Assembly: GCA_013115145.1 (NCBI GenBank)
Contig: JAAPAO010000072.1
Coordinates: forward strand, 26,962-90,961
Length of the DNA: 64,000 bases
Direction of reading: 5' to 3'
Origin: Perkinsus chesapeaki ATCC PRA-425
Taxonomy: Eukaryota > Protista > Perkinsozoa
In this document: piece by piece, positions 23,432 to 36,906 of the stretch
Layout of the letters: each line of letters starts with the position of its first letter
Numbering within the stretch: the stretch's first letter is position 1
The notes under the pieces: model-generated
Database searches by the model: none
What the model was told of the DNA's origin: nothing
The model's input: the letters and a program-made list of their open reading frames with translations, nothing else
Program-made: the position numbers and the translations under genes

Positions 23432-24975
23432 CAGACAGAGATGAAGTTCTTAAGTACAACCTTGCAAGGCTTGCAGCGCCACTTTCCGATCGGAAATGAT
23501 TCGTGTGGAGCGGCGCTGGTTACTTACTCCACCAGTCGGTGCTTACTGGTAACTTCCACCATCTAAACGTAGATGAAATTAATCATTTTGGCTCTTGTGG
23601 ATGATAATAAGTTTAAGCATCTCATAGCATAGTCTTTAGGACCTCTTACATTTGATGTTGAGGTAGAGCCGGATCATCTTTGGTTCCAGAGATAAACTTC
23701 GCGAGGTTGGCACTATGCTCCACCGAACTACTGTCCATGCGAAGCTACTTGACCCCACCTGAGGTTACCACAGGGCCGTCGATCGAGACTTGCAGGCTGC
23801 AAGCTGCAAGTAGCAGCTCACTTGACTCCACACAGAGCTTTGCAGCCTGCAAATCGCAGAAACCGTTTGCCAGAGTTTTTGGTAGGACGGAGAGTCTTCG
23901 TCGGAGACAAACGGTGCTGGGAGCCACAGAATAGATGCGTGACATGCTACCATGGGAACTGCGACTGAATTTCGCAGCAAATTGGGCTGAATCATTCAGC
24001 CTGAATGAGTTCACCTAGCTGACTGAATCGGCTAGATTACCGTCTGCATTCTGCCGACCAAACCCTGGACTGTCTCATCCATGGACATCACATGTCATCT
24101 GAAAATTCAGCTAAACCTGACCCTTTTTTATACATCGGCGTCACGGCTAGCATTAATGGACTGTTAACTCAAGTCATTAGTTAATATGAGAGATGCCAAC
24201 ACCTTACTAACACCAAGGGGTGACTGTTCACCGTGCTAATGAACGATGGTCAGTGTGACCGGCTACCTTCGCCGGCTTAGGTAACCTACGTGAGTCGTAT
24301 CTTCGTAGTTGTAGTGACTGCTTGACGTGGCGCTTGTTCGAAGAATATTTGACTTGTGCAACTTGTATGTAACAATAACAGAGAATGTCCGGTAAAGACT
24401 GAGCTTTCTAGATAGGCAATCATGGCGGTTCAACCGCCGTAATTTGCAACTCACATTAATTAACTGATGTGGTGGGCTATACCATATAATATGGTTCATA
24501 TCATTAGTACACACATTGCTACTTGAATGAAAGAACTATCAGAAAGGTGTTTACGAGGATATTTACCCGTTAATAACTGGTCAATACATGGTCAAGTTCT
24601 ACGGGCAATCTTAGCGTGACTTGCAAACAATTGGCTCATTTTCTCCCTCGCCTCAGTTGAACGCAGCGATGTGCTAAGCTCGGTGCGGTTCGTAAGCTGC
24701 AAGGAGCCCAGACATGATAGAAAGGCTTATCTCGTCGGACGATCGTCGCCCGAGTCGCAGGTATGTGATTTACCTCTTATACAGGCAGCCAGTAGGCCTC
24801 GAGCGTTGGGCATCGCTTGAAACAGAGTTACGCGTAACAAGTCTACAATAACGGTTTAGCTGACCGATAAGTTTGGTTGAACGTATGATACGTTACGTAT
24901 CAACATGAACGAGTCCATCTTAATTGACAGTAATCAATAGCACAATGCATCAGCTCCATACAACTATAATAATCT

Positions 24976-25880
24976 TTAATCGCCGTCGTCGTCATCATCA
25001 TCGGAAAACTCCAAACCCTTGGTTCGTTTTCGCGAGCTCGACAATCTTCTATTCGGATTAACAACGCTCATGTGGTGCCTTCTCTTTGACGGTGGTCGAC
25101 TGCTAGGGGTGGGTGTTGATGGGCTCAACGGAATCCCAGAGCTGGAGCTGAAGGAAAGGACAGTTGCTGGCACGGAGTAAACCAATACTGGTGTAGATAG
25201 GAGTAAACCAATACTGGTGTAGATATTATCTACTAGATAAGGTAAGACATTACGCATATACACTCTAACAAATGGGAATAATCTACTTTTGGACTTACCC
25301 AGTAGCTTCTAGATCCTTCATGTCGGCCTTCATTTTATCGATATCATTTTTAAGTCGGTTAATTTCTGTTGCAAGTGCTGCAATGAGTTCACCCTGCCGT
25401 TGGGTTTTACGGAGATCCAAACGACCACTGATACGTCCCAGATTAGTAATAGTGTAAAAGTAGTGGACGAGGGCGATGTCAGAATCTAAGGGAGGAGCGG
25501 TATCATCAATCACAACGACAATGGAAGCTCCACATCGTGAGGGAGTGTTTACCTGACGCGTCACATTCAATGGAACATCCTTCAGAGTCGGCCAAAGCAG
25601 GGAGGAGCATTTCAGTTGCGAAATTCTCGGCCGCTTTTCGCATCTCCTCTGAGGTCTGTTCTGCACCAGTGATGCCTATCAAAGGTTACACTCTACAGTC
25701 TTTTGCATTTTTACCAATAGCTTCCCGTAGCCGTAGAATGTCCGAGACTTCAAAGTCTTTCACAAACTCCACCGCTGATACACTTGCGGCTACTCGAAGT
25801 ATGATTTCTTGTTCGCCATCGAAGCAGGCCAAAACCGAGGTGTGATCAGGCAGCGTTATAACACTTTTCAGAGAGAGCAT
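24976..25880 (-). CDS. Hypothetical protein with a coiled coil and an acidic tail, multi-exon
   Basis: ORFs 25686..25880, 25295..25666 (LATEINRLKNDIDKMKADMKDLE heptads) and 24976..25263 ending FSDDDDDDGD. Confidence 0.5.
25174..25225. repeat. Exact 26-bp tandem duplication
   Basis: GGAGTAAACCAATACTGGTGTAGATA x2. Confidence 0.9.
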
Positions 25881-26525
25881 TTACGAGAAAGCTTCATTTC
25901 CTGTGCAATTAATAGCATCATATACTTTATTTCATACAAAACTCGCCATCTCAGCGAGCTCATACAATTTAGACTGTTCGAACTTTAGAGTATGCAGGTT
26001 TTCACCCACGGACCGTGGGCCATGATGAATGCGAAAGTGAGGTACCTCCTACGTCGTGTAGGCTGACTGTCTCTCGACTCGGCAACCTGCGTACTATTCA
26101 ACACAACTGCATGTAATTCACAATATAGGAAACCGCACAATAAACTCATTCATGTTTCAACTTTTTGTCCGATGATTCTTCCAACGGTGTCCCTCCCGAG
26201 TCGGCAATCGCTGCTCGCTTTGTTCCACTGTTGGCCTTGATACTATCACACAGTGCTGCCTTAACCTTCTCGCTGAAAGAAAGACAAACCTCTTGTGAGC
26301 GTCAAAGTCTCACCAGATGTTGCAAGAATAACTACAATGAGCTTACTCGAAACAATACATTCCCACTATACGCTCAGAAACGTGCAACTATCAACTTATA
26401 TGACCATATAATATCATAATATATGTTGATGACTATCAACATATAATCTTTCTAATACTTATTAACCTTCTATGATAGACTGGAACGGCTGAATGAAATA
26501 TCGTACAGGCTATACAACTGCTCGC

Positions 26526-27243
26526 TTACCACTCGGTTTTAGAAGCGTCCAATAGCTCTTCAGTCTCTTTTAACTTCTTGCCTAACTCAGCTACTTTCCC
26601 GTTTAACCGGATAACCTCTTCTGATAACGCATCATTCAAAGTTTCATAATTAGACATCCGCTCATTCAGCTTAAACTGTCCTTTCATTTCGCCATAGTCT
26701 TGTACAGGAAAGCGAAAGGTTACAACACATTCCTCTGACATAAGACAACTGTTGAATTAATCCGTTTGGTAATAACCACCGTTTGGTAAATTAGTTTCCG
26801 GCGAACATAGAGAGTATAGATCATACTTCAGCGTAACAGAGTTAACATTGTTCTGTGTATTAGTGGATTAGGCTTCCTTTCAAGACAGCCTACCATTTTC
26901 TAATTCGACTTTACATTTTGATCTTTGGGCAAGGGCCGGTAACAACGACTTTGTTGCGCATTCGCATGCTGATCGTTTCCGCGCGGCCACACTAGTGTCC
27001 ATATCGTTGAAGGTGATCCCTAATCACAATGGAAATGACTTTACCGAGGTTCGCTGACTTACCAAGGGCAAGTCGAAGCTTTATTAGCTCGTCTGGATCA
27101 AAGTACTTTACGTATTCTTTCCCTTTAACCGTCGCGTAAATAGTTATTCTGATGCCTCTTCGTGGGTCACGGTGAACTAGGCTTACAAGAAGGGTAAGGC
27201 CGTCGAAGTAACCCTTTACCACAGATTCAACAGATGTCATACA
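26526..27243 (-). CDS. Hypothetical protein
   Basis: ORFs 26992..27390 and 26526..26741 (coiled-coil-like); linkage uncertain. Confidence 0.3.
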
Positions 27244-27368
27244 AAAAGGCAAGTCGGCAGGACAGGATTCACTGTTGAACACAAACCACAAGTAGAATCT
27301 CTCAAACACTACTGATAACGATGATTTCAATACCACCTCCGATTGACGGGAAAAGTTAAAAAATGATA

Positions 27369-28323
27369 CTAGTCGCTGGGACAGCCCCACATTTGCTTAA
27401 ATCTTGGCACTAACACAGCCAAGAAGGCACCAGAGCCTCCAAGGTAGCAAGACTTCACCAAAAAGCCAGCATAGAGTCCAGCCAGCCCACGCTTGGATGC
27501 GATATCGGCAGCGGTCTTGAACATATCAGTGACGCCTGAAACAAAGTAGGCCGGAGATAGAGGGGCGCGAACGATCTCTGGATTGAAGGTGTCGGCTATT
27601 GCTTGCTTTTGGATGACGGTACGAACAACATCACACCAACAGTTAATTGCTGTGCCAAACACACCAGCACAGAAACCTCCAGCTGTATCGGACATCGTAC
27701 CACGACCAAATATCTTATCGGTTTGTTCGCGGAAGATATCCAAGGAGAAGAAGTAACCACCAGTCCAAAGCATTTGGCGGAGCTGCATTCCGGTGTACCC
27801 GATATATAGCCCAACCACGCCACGTGTACGGATGAGGTGCCTGAAGATGTTATGTATTGTCATTATCAAAGGTACCATGACCTTACCTCATAGTGTCGGC
27901 AGTCCCTTTGAATTTACCTTCAGCATCCAGCTGTTGCGCTAACTTGGCGTTCTCGAAAGGTGAGATTGCAATGACTTCCGGGATGGTGGCGAGCGAGCCG
28001 GCAATGCCCTTCGAGAATGGCGTGCCGTCCTTCTGTTTGGTACCGAAAACCCTCTGATGGAAGATCGGTTGCAACCAAAACTTGATAACTCTCGAAAAGG
28101 TTGCACGAACCATTTCAGCTCCCAACCCTTTCGATACAAACCCGCCAGCGCCGTGGGTCTGGTAGAAATTTTTCACAAGTGTTGGCACGGACGAGCGTTG
28201 GCCGGAGGCTTGAGCCATCACCAATGCACGAACGATGTCAACTGGGTACATCGCAAAAGCGGTCACAACGGCGGCACCGGTCACAGGGGGAAGGGTGTCC
28301 AAGGCAGATGGGGGATTAGGCAT
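27369..28323 (-). CDS. Mitochondrial carrier family protein (SLC25), 2 exons, intron 27841-27886
   Basis: Signature repeats YPVDIVRA, SPFENAKL and NCWCDVVRT; spliced join DTMR|HLIRTRG. Confidence 0.88.
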
Positions 28324-28479
28324 GGTAGAAAAAAGGAGACGACACTTACAGATGGCACAAAGTAATCAGAATCTTGCTCCACTTGCTCTCCCTAGGCAGT
28401 TCCTCAACGCAAGATGGGCTACATGGAGGGACACAATAAGGTATCTAAATTTCAGTGGACTCTAGGAGCTCAGGAACGC

Positions 28480-29615
28480 TCGGAGGGGGTGGGATGAATA
28501 AATCAAGCGCGCCAGGATATAGCGAGTCTAACTTATTGGCTCTGTCTTCACCAATACGGTCCACGTATCTAGCGGAGCGAAGCGATTCATATATCACTTT
28601 TTGGAATGGGCGACCTGCTTACCCTTTCCATGCACGTTCACCTTCCCCTTCCCTCTTCTCCCACATTTTCAATAAATCAGAATATGACACCACAGCGCCA
28701 AACTCAGAGATATCTCTCATCCGAATGAACTTACCGGTCGACGCACTCGACGAAGATACTCTAATAAAACGAACAATGCAAAAAGCGCTCGCCCAGATGA
28801 TCGATTTCTATCGGGCCTACTCTTCGACGGCGGCCTTGAACATTGCCTCTGCCATCACTGCATTGCCTTCAACCTCAAAATTGATGCCTTTTGTGACCAA
28901 AGCACGGGCGACGTACCTGAACCATAGTTAGAGAAATACCCGCGTTGTAAGGACACACGTCTTTTTGATCTCCTCGTTCGGGATTGTCTCGCACAACTTC
29001 AGCGCGGTATCGTCCTTCTCGACCAACTTACCGTGAGCCTCTTTACATTGCTGGACGAGGGGAGCATCAAACCAACTAGATAACAAAAGATACAAAAGAG
29101 CTCAGATTGATGGTAACTTACTGATCCTTCAGCACGGCAGTCGCCACAGGTACACCATCCTTCAATGCAGCCTCAGCCTTAGACGCCACAGCACCTCTCA
29201 AGGCGAGTTGGGTAAATCCTTCACCGAGCAGACTAACACTATTGGCAGCCGAGAAGGATTGAGCAGCGGCATCCAAGAACCCTTCATGCCTAAGAAAAAA
29301 TGAAGTCGTATAAGCACGTCGACACTTACCATTGCGCAATGCCAGCTAGCATATCACACAGTGCGGTCTCCGCCTCCATACGCGCCGGGCTGAAGACGTC
29401 GTGACCTGAAGGAAGACCAGTCCGCCAGAGACACAAGGCGACGGCTTACAGCGCTGAATGAGAACTCTTGCGGGCTGCCATTTGCCGGCCTCTGCAAGCT
29501 TCAATGCTTCATTGAAATCAGGCAACTGTCGGGCACTGGTTGAGAGGGATCGAATGCCGCTGCCGAGGATCGAACTTGCGCCTGATTTACTCGCTATAGA
29601 TAATGGTGACATCAT
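28480..29615 (-). CDS. Hypothetical, probably mitochondrion-targeted helical-repeat protein, multi-exon
   Basis: Ser/Arg-rich presequence-like MMSPLSIASKSGASSILGSGIRSLSTSARQ followed by helical exons; 3' end uncertain. Confidence 0.4.
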
Positions 29616-29975
29616 TTTATCAAAAATATAACAACTGAGCGTGTGCATTCTTGCACGCCACAAAATTGCAACACAACAACTACAGCGAGTGAAAATCTAT
29701 TAATCCCACTTAGACGTTCTTCCACGTTTATCACTCGCGTGGCTTCTATCATCTCGATCTGATAAAACCACATTTCTAGCGGAGCGATGCAGCTGTAGTT
29801 GATTCACCTCTTTTCCCCAACGAAGGGAACTGTGCTAAGCCCACTGTTTTTGCCGCCACGTTACGGTCACCGAATGCTCGCTTAACTCCAGGAGCGTAGA
29901 TGTCATCATCGGCACATTCTGAGGGGGGGCAACTTATCGTATTGAATCACACACATGAGAATATATTATTATGAG

Positions 29976-30055
29976 ACATATTCATAAGTTGTATTTATTG
30001 TGCTCCAGTGGAGCACAATAAATACAACTTATGAATATGTGGAGCAGCTCCACAT
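29976..30055. repeat. Perfect 32+1+32 palindrome with an overlapping 9+1+9 palindrome
   Basis: ACATATTCATAAGTTGTATTTATTGTGCTCCA-G-TGGAGCACAATAAATACAACTTATGAATATGT; then ATGTGGAGC-A-GCTCCACAT (30037-30055). Confidence 0.95.
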
Positions 30056-30165
30056 CGCTGCTACTACTGTAATTACTATCCCTACTAGTTAATACAATCA
30101 TTGCTGACTTACGAATTTCATCACGGTAGGTGAGAAATGTGAATCGATAACTTGATGATAGAACA

Positions 30166-33100
30166 TTATTTCCTATCTATCGAGAATACCCCCGCGAACC
30201 TCTGTCGATGTCTACACCCTTCAGGGGTAACTCGACGAGCAAATCTTACGGCGTAACTCAGCCGATGACGTAGTCCAATATGATTCGGTCTTAAATGACG
30301 ATGCTTACCATTAAGATCGACATCACCTCCGATCACAACAGCCTTCTTGGTGGTATCTTCTTGAGAATGCGACGACACCTAAAAACCTTCTAACATACAC
30401 ATCGTTCGAGCAGCTTACAAATTTCTGCCCAAATCTGGCCGAGCTTGCTGTCGCCGGCTTTCCCTCAGAGTAGCCAAGTCCGTGCCGTTGCTGCGGTCCT
30501 CCACCAAGTGTTGCTCTCTTGAAACCTTTGGCAGTTTTGTGGCCGAGCTCACGGGCGGCTAAAAGTGAATAACTGGAGAAATGCACTTCCACGGAGACCG
30601 ACCTGCAAACGGAGGGAACTCCAAAGCATAGTCCATCAATTGCGATGGAACCTCCTGGAAGACAATATTGTGGCGCGTGAAGCATTCCCCCAGCTGATCT
30701 ACCTGTTGTGATTTTTCCATATACTCAACCAATTCAGCAGCCATCTTCGCCGAATTCTCCCTCTTGACCAGTAAGGTGGTAGCATGACCGCTATGACCAG
30801 CCCTACCAGTACGGCCCAATCGATGGGTATGTGTAGTGAGATTGCCTTGTGGAGAACGACCAATACGGAGTCGACCATCATCCTGCTATACCTGTTACTT
30901 ACCCGACATATCGTAACATATGACTTCTTTAACTGTTGGTATATCGAGGCCTCTACTCGCTACATCAGTCGCTACCAACACCTTCGTCTTGCGTGAGCGG
31001 AAGTCCGACATTATCTGCTTGAGTTGTAAATGCGTAAAAGTAAACATCAAATTGTTAAGTACACATTAATACAGTGAAATAAACAAAATTTAATATCGCT
31101 AACTGATTTCAATGTCGACACATATCTGCCATTATTCACCAAGTTGCTGATTGAGCGGAGCCATGGAGATTTGGGCTAAAAACTTATTAAATACCAATTG
31201 AAAAGCATTGTTCGTTCTGTTGTGATATTCCTTTAATATCGGCGGCATAAAGTACGGTATCAGACTTATAAAAATAGTGTGACCCAAAGGGCTGAAAAGC
31301 CCTGGTCCTATCAGCTTGATGGGACTTTGAGCCATCGCGAATTTTTCTCGGTTACTATTTCCATTTCTGGTGAACCACAAGGAATAGAAACCAACAATGT
31401 GCAAGCAAACTATTTCTCTTACCAAGTCATGCCCAAGCACAGATGACAGCATTCCTATCTACACCGCCTCGCCGCCTCCGCCGCTGTCACTCACCTTCAT
31501 TCGCTCATTCTGATCCGAGTCACCATGCAAAGCCTCACACGGTATCGACATGAACTCCTTGATCGCCACTGCAAGTTCTGATGCCGCCGACTTCTGGTTC
31601 ACAAATATCAACACTTGACCATCCTGAGACATAATCTGCACGCATGCACAAGGTAATATGATTCTTCCTAACCTCTTCTTGAGCTTCGTCTAAGATTCGT
31701 GGAAGGTTCTCAGATAACCAATTGAACTTGTCGTCCTTTTCATCAAGAACCACCACTTCCTGTGCAACGGCGTGAGCGGCTCCACCGGTGGTGGCGCTCG
31801 CACCGACAAATAGTCTCACAGGGTTCCTGAATTCGACCTATATCGTATGTTACTCGCTTAACCTTAAGATACCTCATGATATCACGTGCTAGCCTTTCAA
31901 TCTTCGGCGGCATAGTCGCCGAGAACAACATCGTTTGTCGATCAGGTCGTACTCTTTGCACCAAACAACGTACCTTCATCAAAACGTAATTCCTGAAGCG
32001 CTCCGCTCCGCCGTACTTGTTTCTCAAAGCCCATATTAAGCATCCGATCTGCCTCATCTAACACCACCCACGCAGTGTCTCCAGTAAGAGACATTCCGTG
32101 CTCCTTGACAATGTCAATGCATCTACGAAATCGCCACATTTCGACAGCGAAGCGAAGCACAGGGATTATTCTCCTCACCGGCCTGGGTTCGCCACGACTA
32201 TATCGCAATTGCCTTTCCTCAAATCTTTAAACTGTTCATATTTTGATAAGCCTCCGGCCAACGTAGTGCCTGAGATAATGTGTATCTTTCGACCTTCAAC
32301 CTCAAGATACGATTGTGTGCAGCTGTCCCCTTTTTTGTGTGCTCACTTGTGATTCCAATATGCCTTCCCAATTTATAAATCGTTTTTTCTATCTGCACCG
32401 CCAGCTCCCTCGTCGGGCACAAAATCTGTCAAAAAGTGACAATTCGAGCGGCGGAGCGAAGCAGATGGATCTCACAAGGGCAAAAGGGCTAGCAGGATGC
32501 TCCTTGGTGACAACTGATCGACTGGATGTATCGGCCTGCTCCTTATGATACATGATGTGCATCACAACCGGCATTAAATAGGCAAGTGTCTTCCCGCTGC
32601 CTGAAACGAGCTCAGATGTCCCAGCCCGGTTTCGAACCATAGGCTTTTAGAATGCGAAACATACACCCTAACCGTTCCGCCACTCAGTCTCTACCTGTAT
32701 CAGCGATAGCCATGACATCCCTTCCTGCCAATACCGATGGTATTGCAGCACACTGAATCGGAGTCGGTTTCTGCCAGACCAAAATACTAAATCGATCACG
32801 TGTTCGATTTCTTCACCTCAAACTTAGCATGCTTTAAAGCCTCTGCAACAGCCAGCGGAGGGCAACACTGTTCGAATGTCGACACTGCCCGAGGGACCTG
32901 GAGCGATTATCGAAAAGTCCGGGAATTAGCTAAATTGCGGCGGCCTTACCGATTGGCCCGTTGCCGATATGCATTTTTCTTTATTAAACTTCCTAACCTC
33001 CACATCGGACATTCCGCTAACTTCCGGATCCGCTTTGTACGGCCATCTAACGTACATACCCAAAAATGCCAAAACAAAAATCGCTTCGCTCCGCTGTCGT

Positions 33101-34048
33101 TACCTGTGAACTGTAGGATATTCCTTTCCCTCATGGTCCATCGGTGGCAATACTTCCATTGCTTTCTTCCGACGATCGAGTATCTCATCTTCCGGTGTCA
33201 TCTCCGAGTCATCATCATTATCTTCCTCAGTGACCCCTGTACTGCTGCCACCAAGGCTCATGCCAGCCTCCTGACAAACCAGCACCGTATCCAGTAAGAT
33301 GTAGTATTTACAAACCACTCAAGGAATGCTCAAAGGCCCCTCCCGCGACTTGGGCAGTTCCGCCACAATCATGAACAACTATACCGTAAAAATACGGAGT
33401 TTTAGGCAATCAAAAAAGTCTTGAAAGCCGCGCAAAGGCCTCTCACCTTTTTTCTCCTCTCAAAAGCCTCAATTGCAGTTTCTTCATCATCATTACCCAT
33501 TATCTCACCTTCATTCCGATACTGAAAACGATAAAACAAGTACATCGCTCCGCTGTAAAAACGTGCCATGTATTACATTTTTGGTAACAGTTTTCTCATT
33601 AGCTATCTCAGTCTCAATACCAGCCATGAAGGCATCTAACGGGTCCACTTCGCCTTTGCCCTGCCCCCCAGCAGCGACGCCTGTGAATGGTAACAAAGAC
33701 ATTATTGGACGATCTATTGCCGGATCGAATCTGTCCGTATTGCCAGAGTACTACTACTACAACTACACTGCGCAACGCATTCCTGGAAATCAGAGTTATG
33801 CGCCATATTTCCTCAAAGACTGATTTCTTCCATCATATAACATCACAGTCTCCCCTTTAACCGGGTTTTTGGAAAACCCGAAACCCGCTTGAATTTATAG
33901 TACTATCACCTCCTTCCCCTCCTCCTCCTATTGTCGTATCCTTCTTTGACTCTGCCTTATTCTTCTTATCCTGCTCTTCATCAATCTGATCGAATATATT
34001 TTTTTTAGCCGCTGATCGATTAGAGGACGCTTTAGCCTTGAAGAACAT
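30166..34048 (-). CDS. DDX42: DEAD-box RNA helicase, DDX42 (SF3b125)-like, multi-exon
   Basis: [22 protein letters not shown]|[54 protein letters not shown]. Start at 34048 is inferred. Confidence 0.85.
32601..32694 (-). other. 94-nt intron with a near full-length degenerate tRNA (Val-like T-arm), sense
   Basis: ...GAGTGGCGGAACGGTT...GGTTCGAAACCGGGCTGGGACA...TTTCAG; interrupts helicase motif I (DTG|SGKT) in phase. Confidence 0.85.
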
Positions 34049-34941
34049 GATGAGAAATAAGAACACTGAAACAGTAAGGAAATCCTCCGCCTTTAGACCT
34101 ACTCGTCGAGGACCGGGGAGCATTCCTAGTGCCGAGGAGATCATACCATCAAGTCGGACTTCTTACGGACTGGATAATCTTACGCTATCCACGAAACAAC
34201 AATACAGGGAAATAATGATTTGGAATTTATGGACACCACGGTTACCAAGCGACGAATAGTTGATAATTGGATATTAATCAGGCGTATAACCAAAATCTTT
34301 ATAGTGCGCAAAGATACTTTCTAGTCCAAGCTCATAATAGATACATCATCGTCATCATCGTCTTCCTCTTGCACCTCCTAAACAATAGATTGCAGCCCAA
34401 GCTGAATGACTTCCTACCACAACAGGTGCGTTGAATTGGCTTCGCCGACCCTCCTCTGGCATACCAACTTTCCGCGAAATCTCGGCCCCAGATACCCCCA
34501 CGGGCTTCTACAAATCAAGACAATAATGTGGCGCGCGGTCAGGGGGTAAGATGTACCTCTACACGCTCCCAGCCAGCGTTTAAATTCTCCCTCTTCAACG
34601 CTGGCACGTTCCTGAATAATGGTCTGTCGATAATAATATTTTGGAGTCCTGCAGTGTATTGATTATCACAGTACTACTCTAGGTAGTCCACGGAGTCTCT
34701 GGCAGAGATTGATGATATAGAAATGACACCCAATACTATCATTTCTATCGTGTGGTCATTCCTTTGACCAGATATTTGATCGTGCTGGTGTACGAGTACA
34801 ACTGCTCGGCTGCTGCTCCACCCCCACTATCACTAGTAGATACTAAAGCCCTTTACACATAGACTATCACAGTATTATACACGGCCTCATGCCACGTTAT
34901 AATCAATATATAATATTATTAAGTCATTATAAACCCCTCCC

Positions 34942-35691
34942 TTACTTTTCCGGTATAACATTATTGCCAATTAAATCCACCCTAGCAACCAAAGGCTGTC
35001 CTCCATCAGTCAGTCTAATCTCTGCCGTCAGTATCCTTCCACTTGGTCGTTCATTCAATGTCCTCTGTAATCGTTTACGATGGTCATCTCCGACAACATG
35101 TCCAGCGAATACGCGGACGTTGTCGAGTAGGGAGCAACAGAGGGGGCAGTAAATCGGAGCCACTTCCCCAAAATCTGCAGAAGCCGCTAAGATATCTTTT
35201 TCGATTCCATCACGCCAATCGTCGATCTCAGAAGTTCGTAAGGTAGGAAACAGCCTCCTCTCTTTCCGCTGAACCTTCACGCGCCTCGAAATTGTTGCTC
35301 CGGTCCTAACCCCAAGATAGCCTCCAATTTTAGGGTCCCTTCTCGCGCGTGCTGCATGGTCGACGCAATTCGATATTGTGAGTTCGCTCGACAAGTACAC
35401 CAAAATATTTTCCATGGCTTCCCGTTCGATCGGTCCTTCGCAGTCCCGAGCACATAACTGCACCGATCGCATTTTCTGATAATTATCCTTTTCAGGGCGC
35501 GCAAGAATCACTAATTTTCCTCGACATTCATCTGAGGCTTTCCACTCCAAAAAGGTATTTTCTTTGGTCGACCTGAAGAAGCCTTCATCAGTGAGTGCTG
35601 TTAGGAACATGTGAACAGCTGGCAGAGGGACCGTTGATAGAGTCATAGTCGACGACGAGGACGACGAGGTACCGTTACGTTTAAGCATCAA
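34942..35691 (-). CDS. Hypothetical protein with a C-terminal matrin/U1-type C2H2 zinc finger
   Basis: 249-aa ORF, YCPLCCSLLDNVRVFAGHVVGDDHRKR. Confidence 0.65.
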   Translation of the reverse strand: MMLKRNGTSSSSSSTMTLSTVPLPAVHMFLTALTDEGFFRSTKENTFLEWKASDECRGKLVILARPEKDNYQKMRSVQLCARDCEGPIEREAMENILVYLSSELTISNCVDHAARARRDPKIGGYLGVRTGATISRRVKVQRKERRLFPTLRTSEIDDWRDGIEKDILAASADFGEVAPIYCPLCCSLLDNVRVFAGHVVGDDHRKRLQRTLNERPSGRILTAEIRLTDGGQPLVARVDLIGNNVIPEK

Positions 35692-36504
35692 TCATAAAAC
35701 AAATAAAAGCACTGATATTAAAGTATAACATTACAAACCTATGCTTCTCTGTAGAGGAGAACCATAGTTGGCAGAGCTGGAATGTCAATTACTCATCCCT
35801 TATAAAGGACTACTAGCGAAGTAACATTCCTAAATCCGGCAAGGTAATTGAAGAGCAATTCGCTCTGACTGGTTTTGCGAGGGCAACATTATCCGCCGGC
35901 CTCTGGTGGATAACATTTGCCGGGTATATGGGAACCTGGAATATCTAAACGAGATGGCAGTAAGACTACGGTCGACTCTTGCCATCCCCAGTCATCAGTA
36001 TGCATGCCTACAATCACTTACGAAGCCGCAACACATCGTCCGATGTAGTCGGGCAATAGGATGGGATGATTTCTATCATCACGTATTAAAGCTTCAAATA
36101 TGATCCCTGTAACGAAAATCTACGGACGTCATAAATCGATCCGCAGTCTCATGGTTCAGCATTCCTATCTTGCCAAGTACCAAATAGAATTCCGCCCACT
36201 TCTCAGTCATCAGCACGAACTGTACTACAGTGCACCGGCAAAACCCAAAATAGTGTAGAGTCAATTCCATGGGAGGAGTCGCAGGTGCCTTTTACGCAAC
36301 GGCAATACGTCTGATCCGTGTTGTTCCCGTATAGAGCCAGAAAATTGCGTACTGATGTTGCTTAAGTCTTTGTTAAAAAGACACTTTCATGTGTCGATAA
36401 ATGACCGATAAGATTAGAAATAATCATTATGTATCCCGAGTAACGCAACATGACTAAATTGATGATGAAGTGTATTAACGATGAAGTTGATAAAATGTAA
36501 TATA

Positions 36505-36906
36505 TCAATTCACTGTATCCTTCCTGACATAAGTAATATACCCCTTGTTGATGGTGGGCAGATATAGAAATTGATAATGACTCATACCAGTCATTTTCCA
36601 AGTTAAAGAGTCTCTTGTCAAGGCCCCAGCAGATTCCTCGACCATTCGATCACACTCCTCATTGAACACGTCAATCGTCCACTCTCCTTGAGTATAAGTA
36701 CTGTTGTAGTTACAATAATAGGTTTCAACTTCCGTTCCTCCTTTACGATGAGTCAGATCGGCAGATTGATCGTTGTGAAAGACGATCTTATTCAGATAGT
36801 AGCCGGACCACTTGGGGTACATAGGTAAATAGGTACCATCTAATGCAGTAGCATTATCGCCAAACATAACAGCGATTCCCACATAAAAGATAAGGCAAGC
36901 TTTCAT
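36505..36906 (-). CDS. Small secreted beta-rich protein, family member 2 (intronless)
   Basis: 133 aa, signal peptide, LDGTYLPMYP..YYLNKIVF..YYCNY..RMVEESAGAL. Confidence 0.8.
   Translation of the reverse strand: MKACLIFYVGIAVMFGDNATALDGTYLPMYPKWSGYYLNKIVFHNDQSADLTHRKGGTEVETYYCNYNSTYTQGEWTIDVFNEECDRMVEESAGALTRDSLTWKMTGMSHYQFLYLPTINKGYITYVRKDTVN

Noticed and set aside
23600-24900. Short ORFs on both strands next to secreted gene 1
   Set aside because: No motifs or splice chain; treated as unannotated.
27640-27660. Trp replacing Pro in the third carrier signature (NCWCDVVRT)
   Set aside because: Signature variants are common in SLC25 proteins, and substrate cannot be inferred by eye.
33715-33745. 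GATTCGATCCGG in a probable DDX42 intron
   Set aside because: Only a partial B-box with no acceptor strand.
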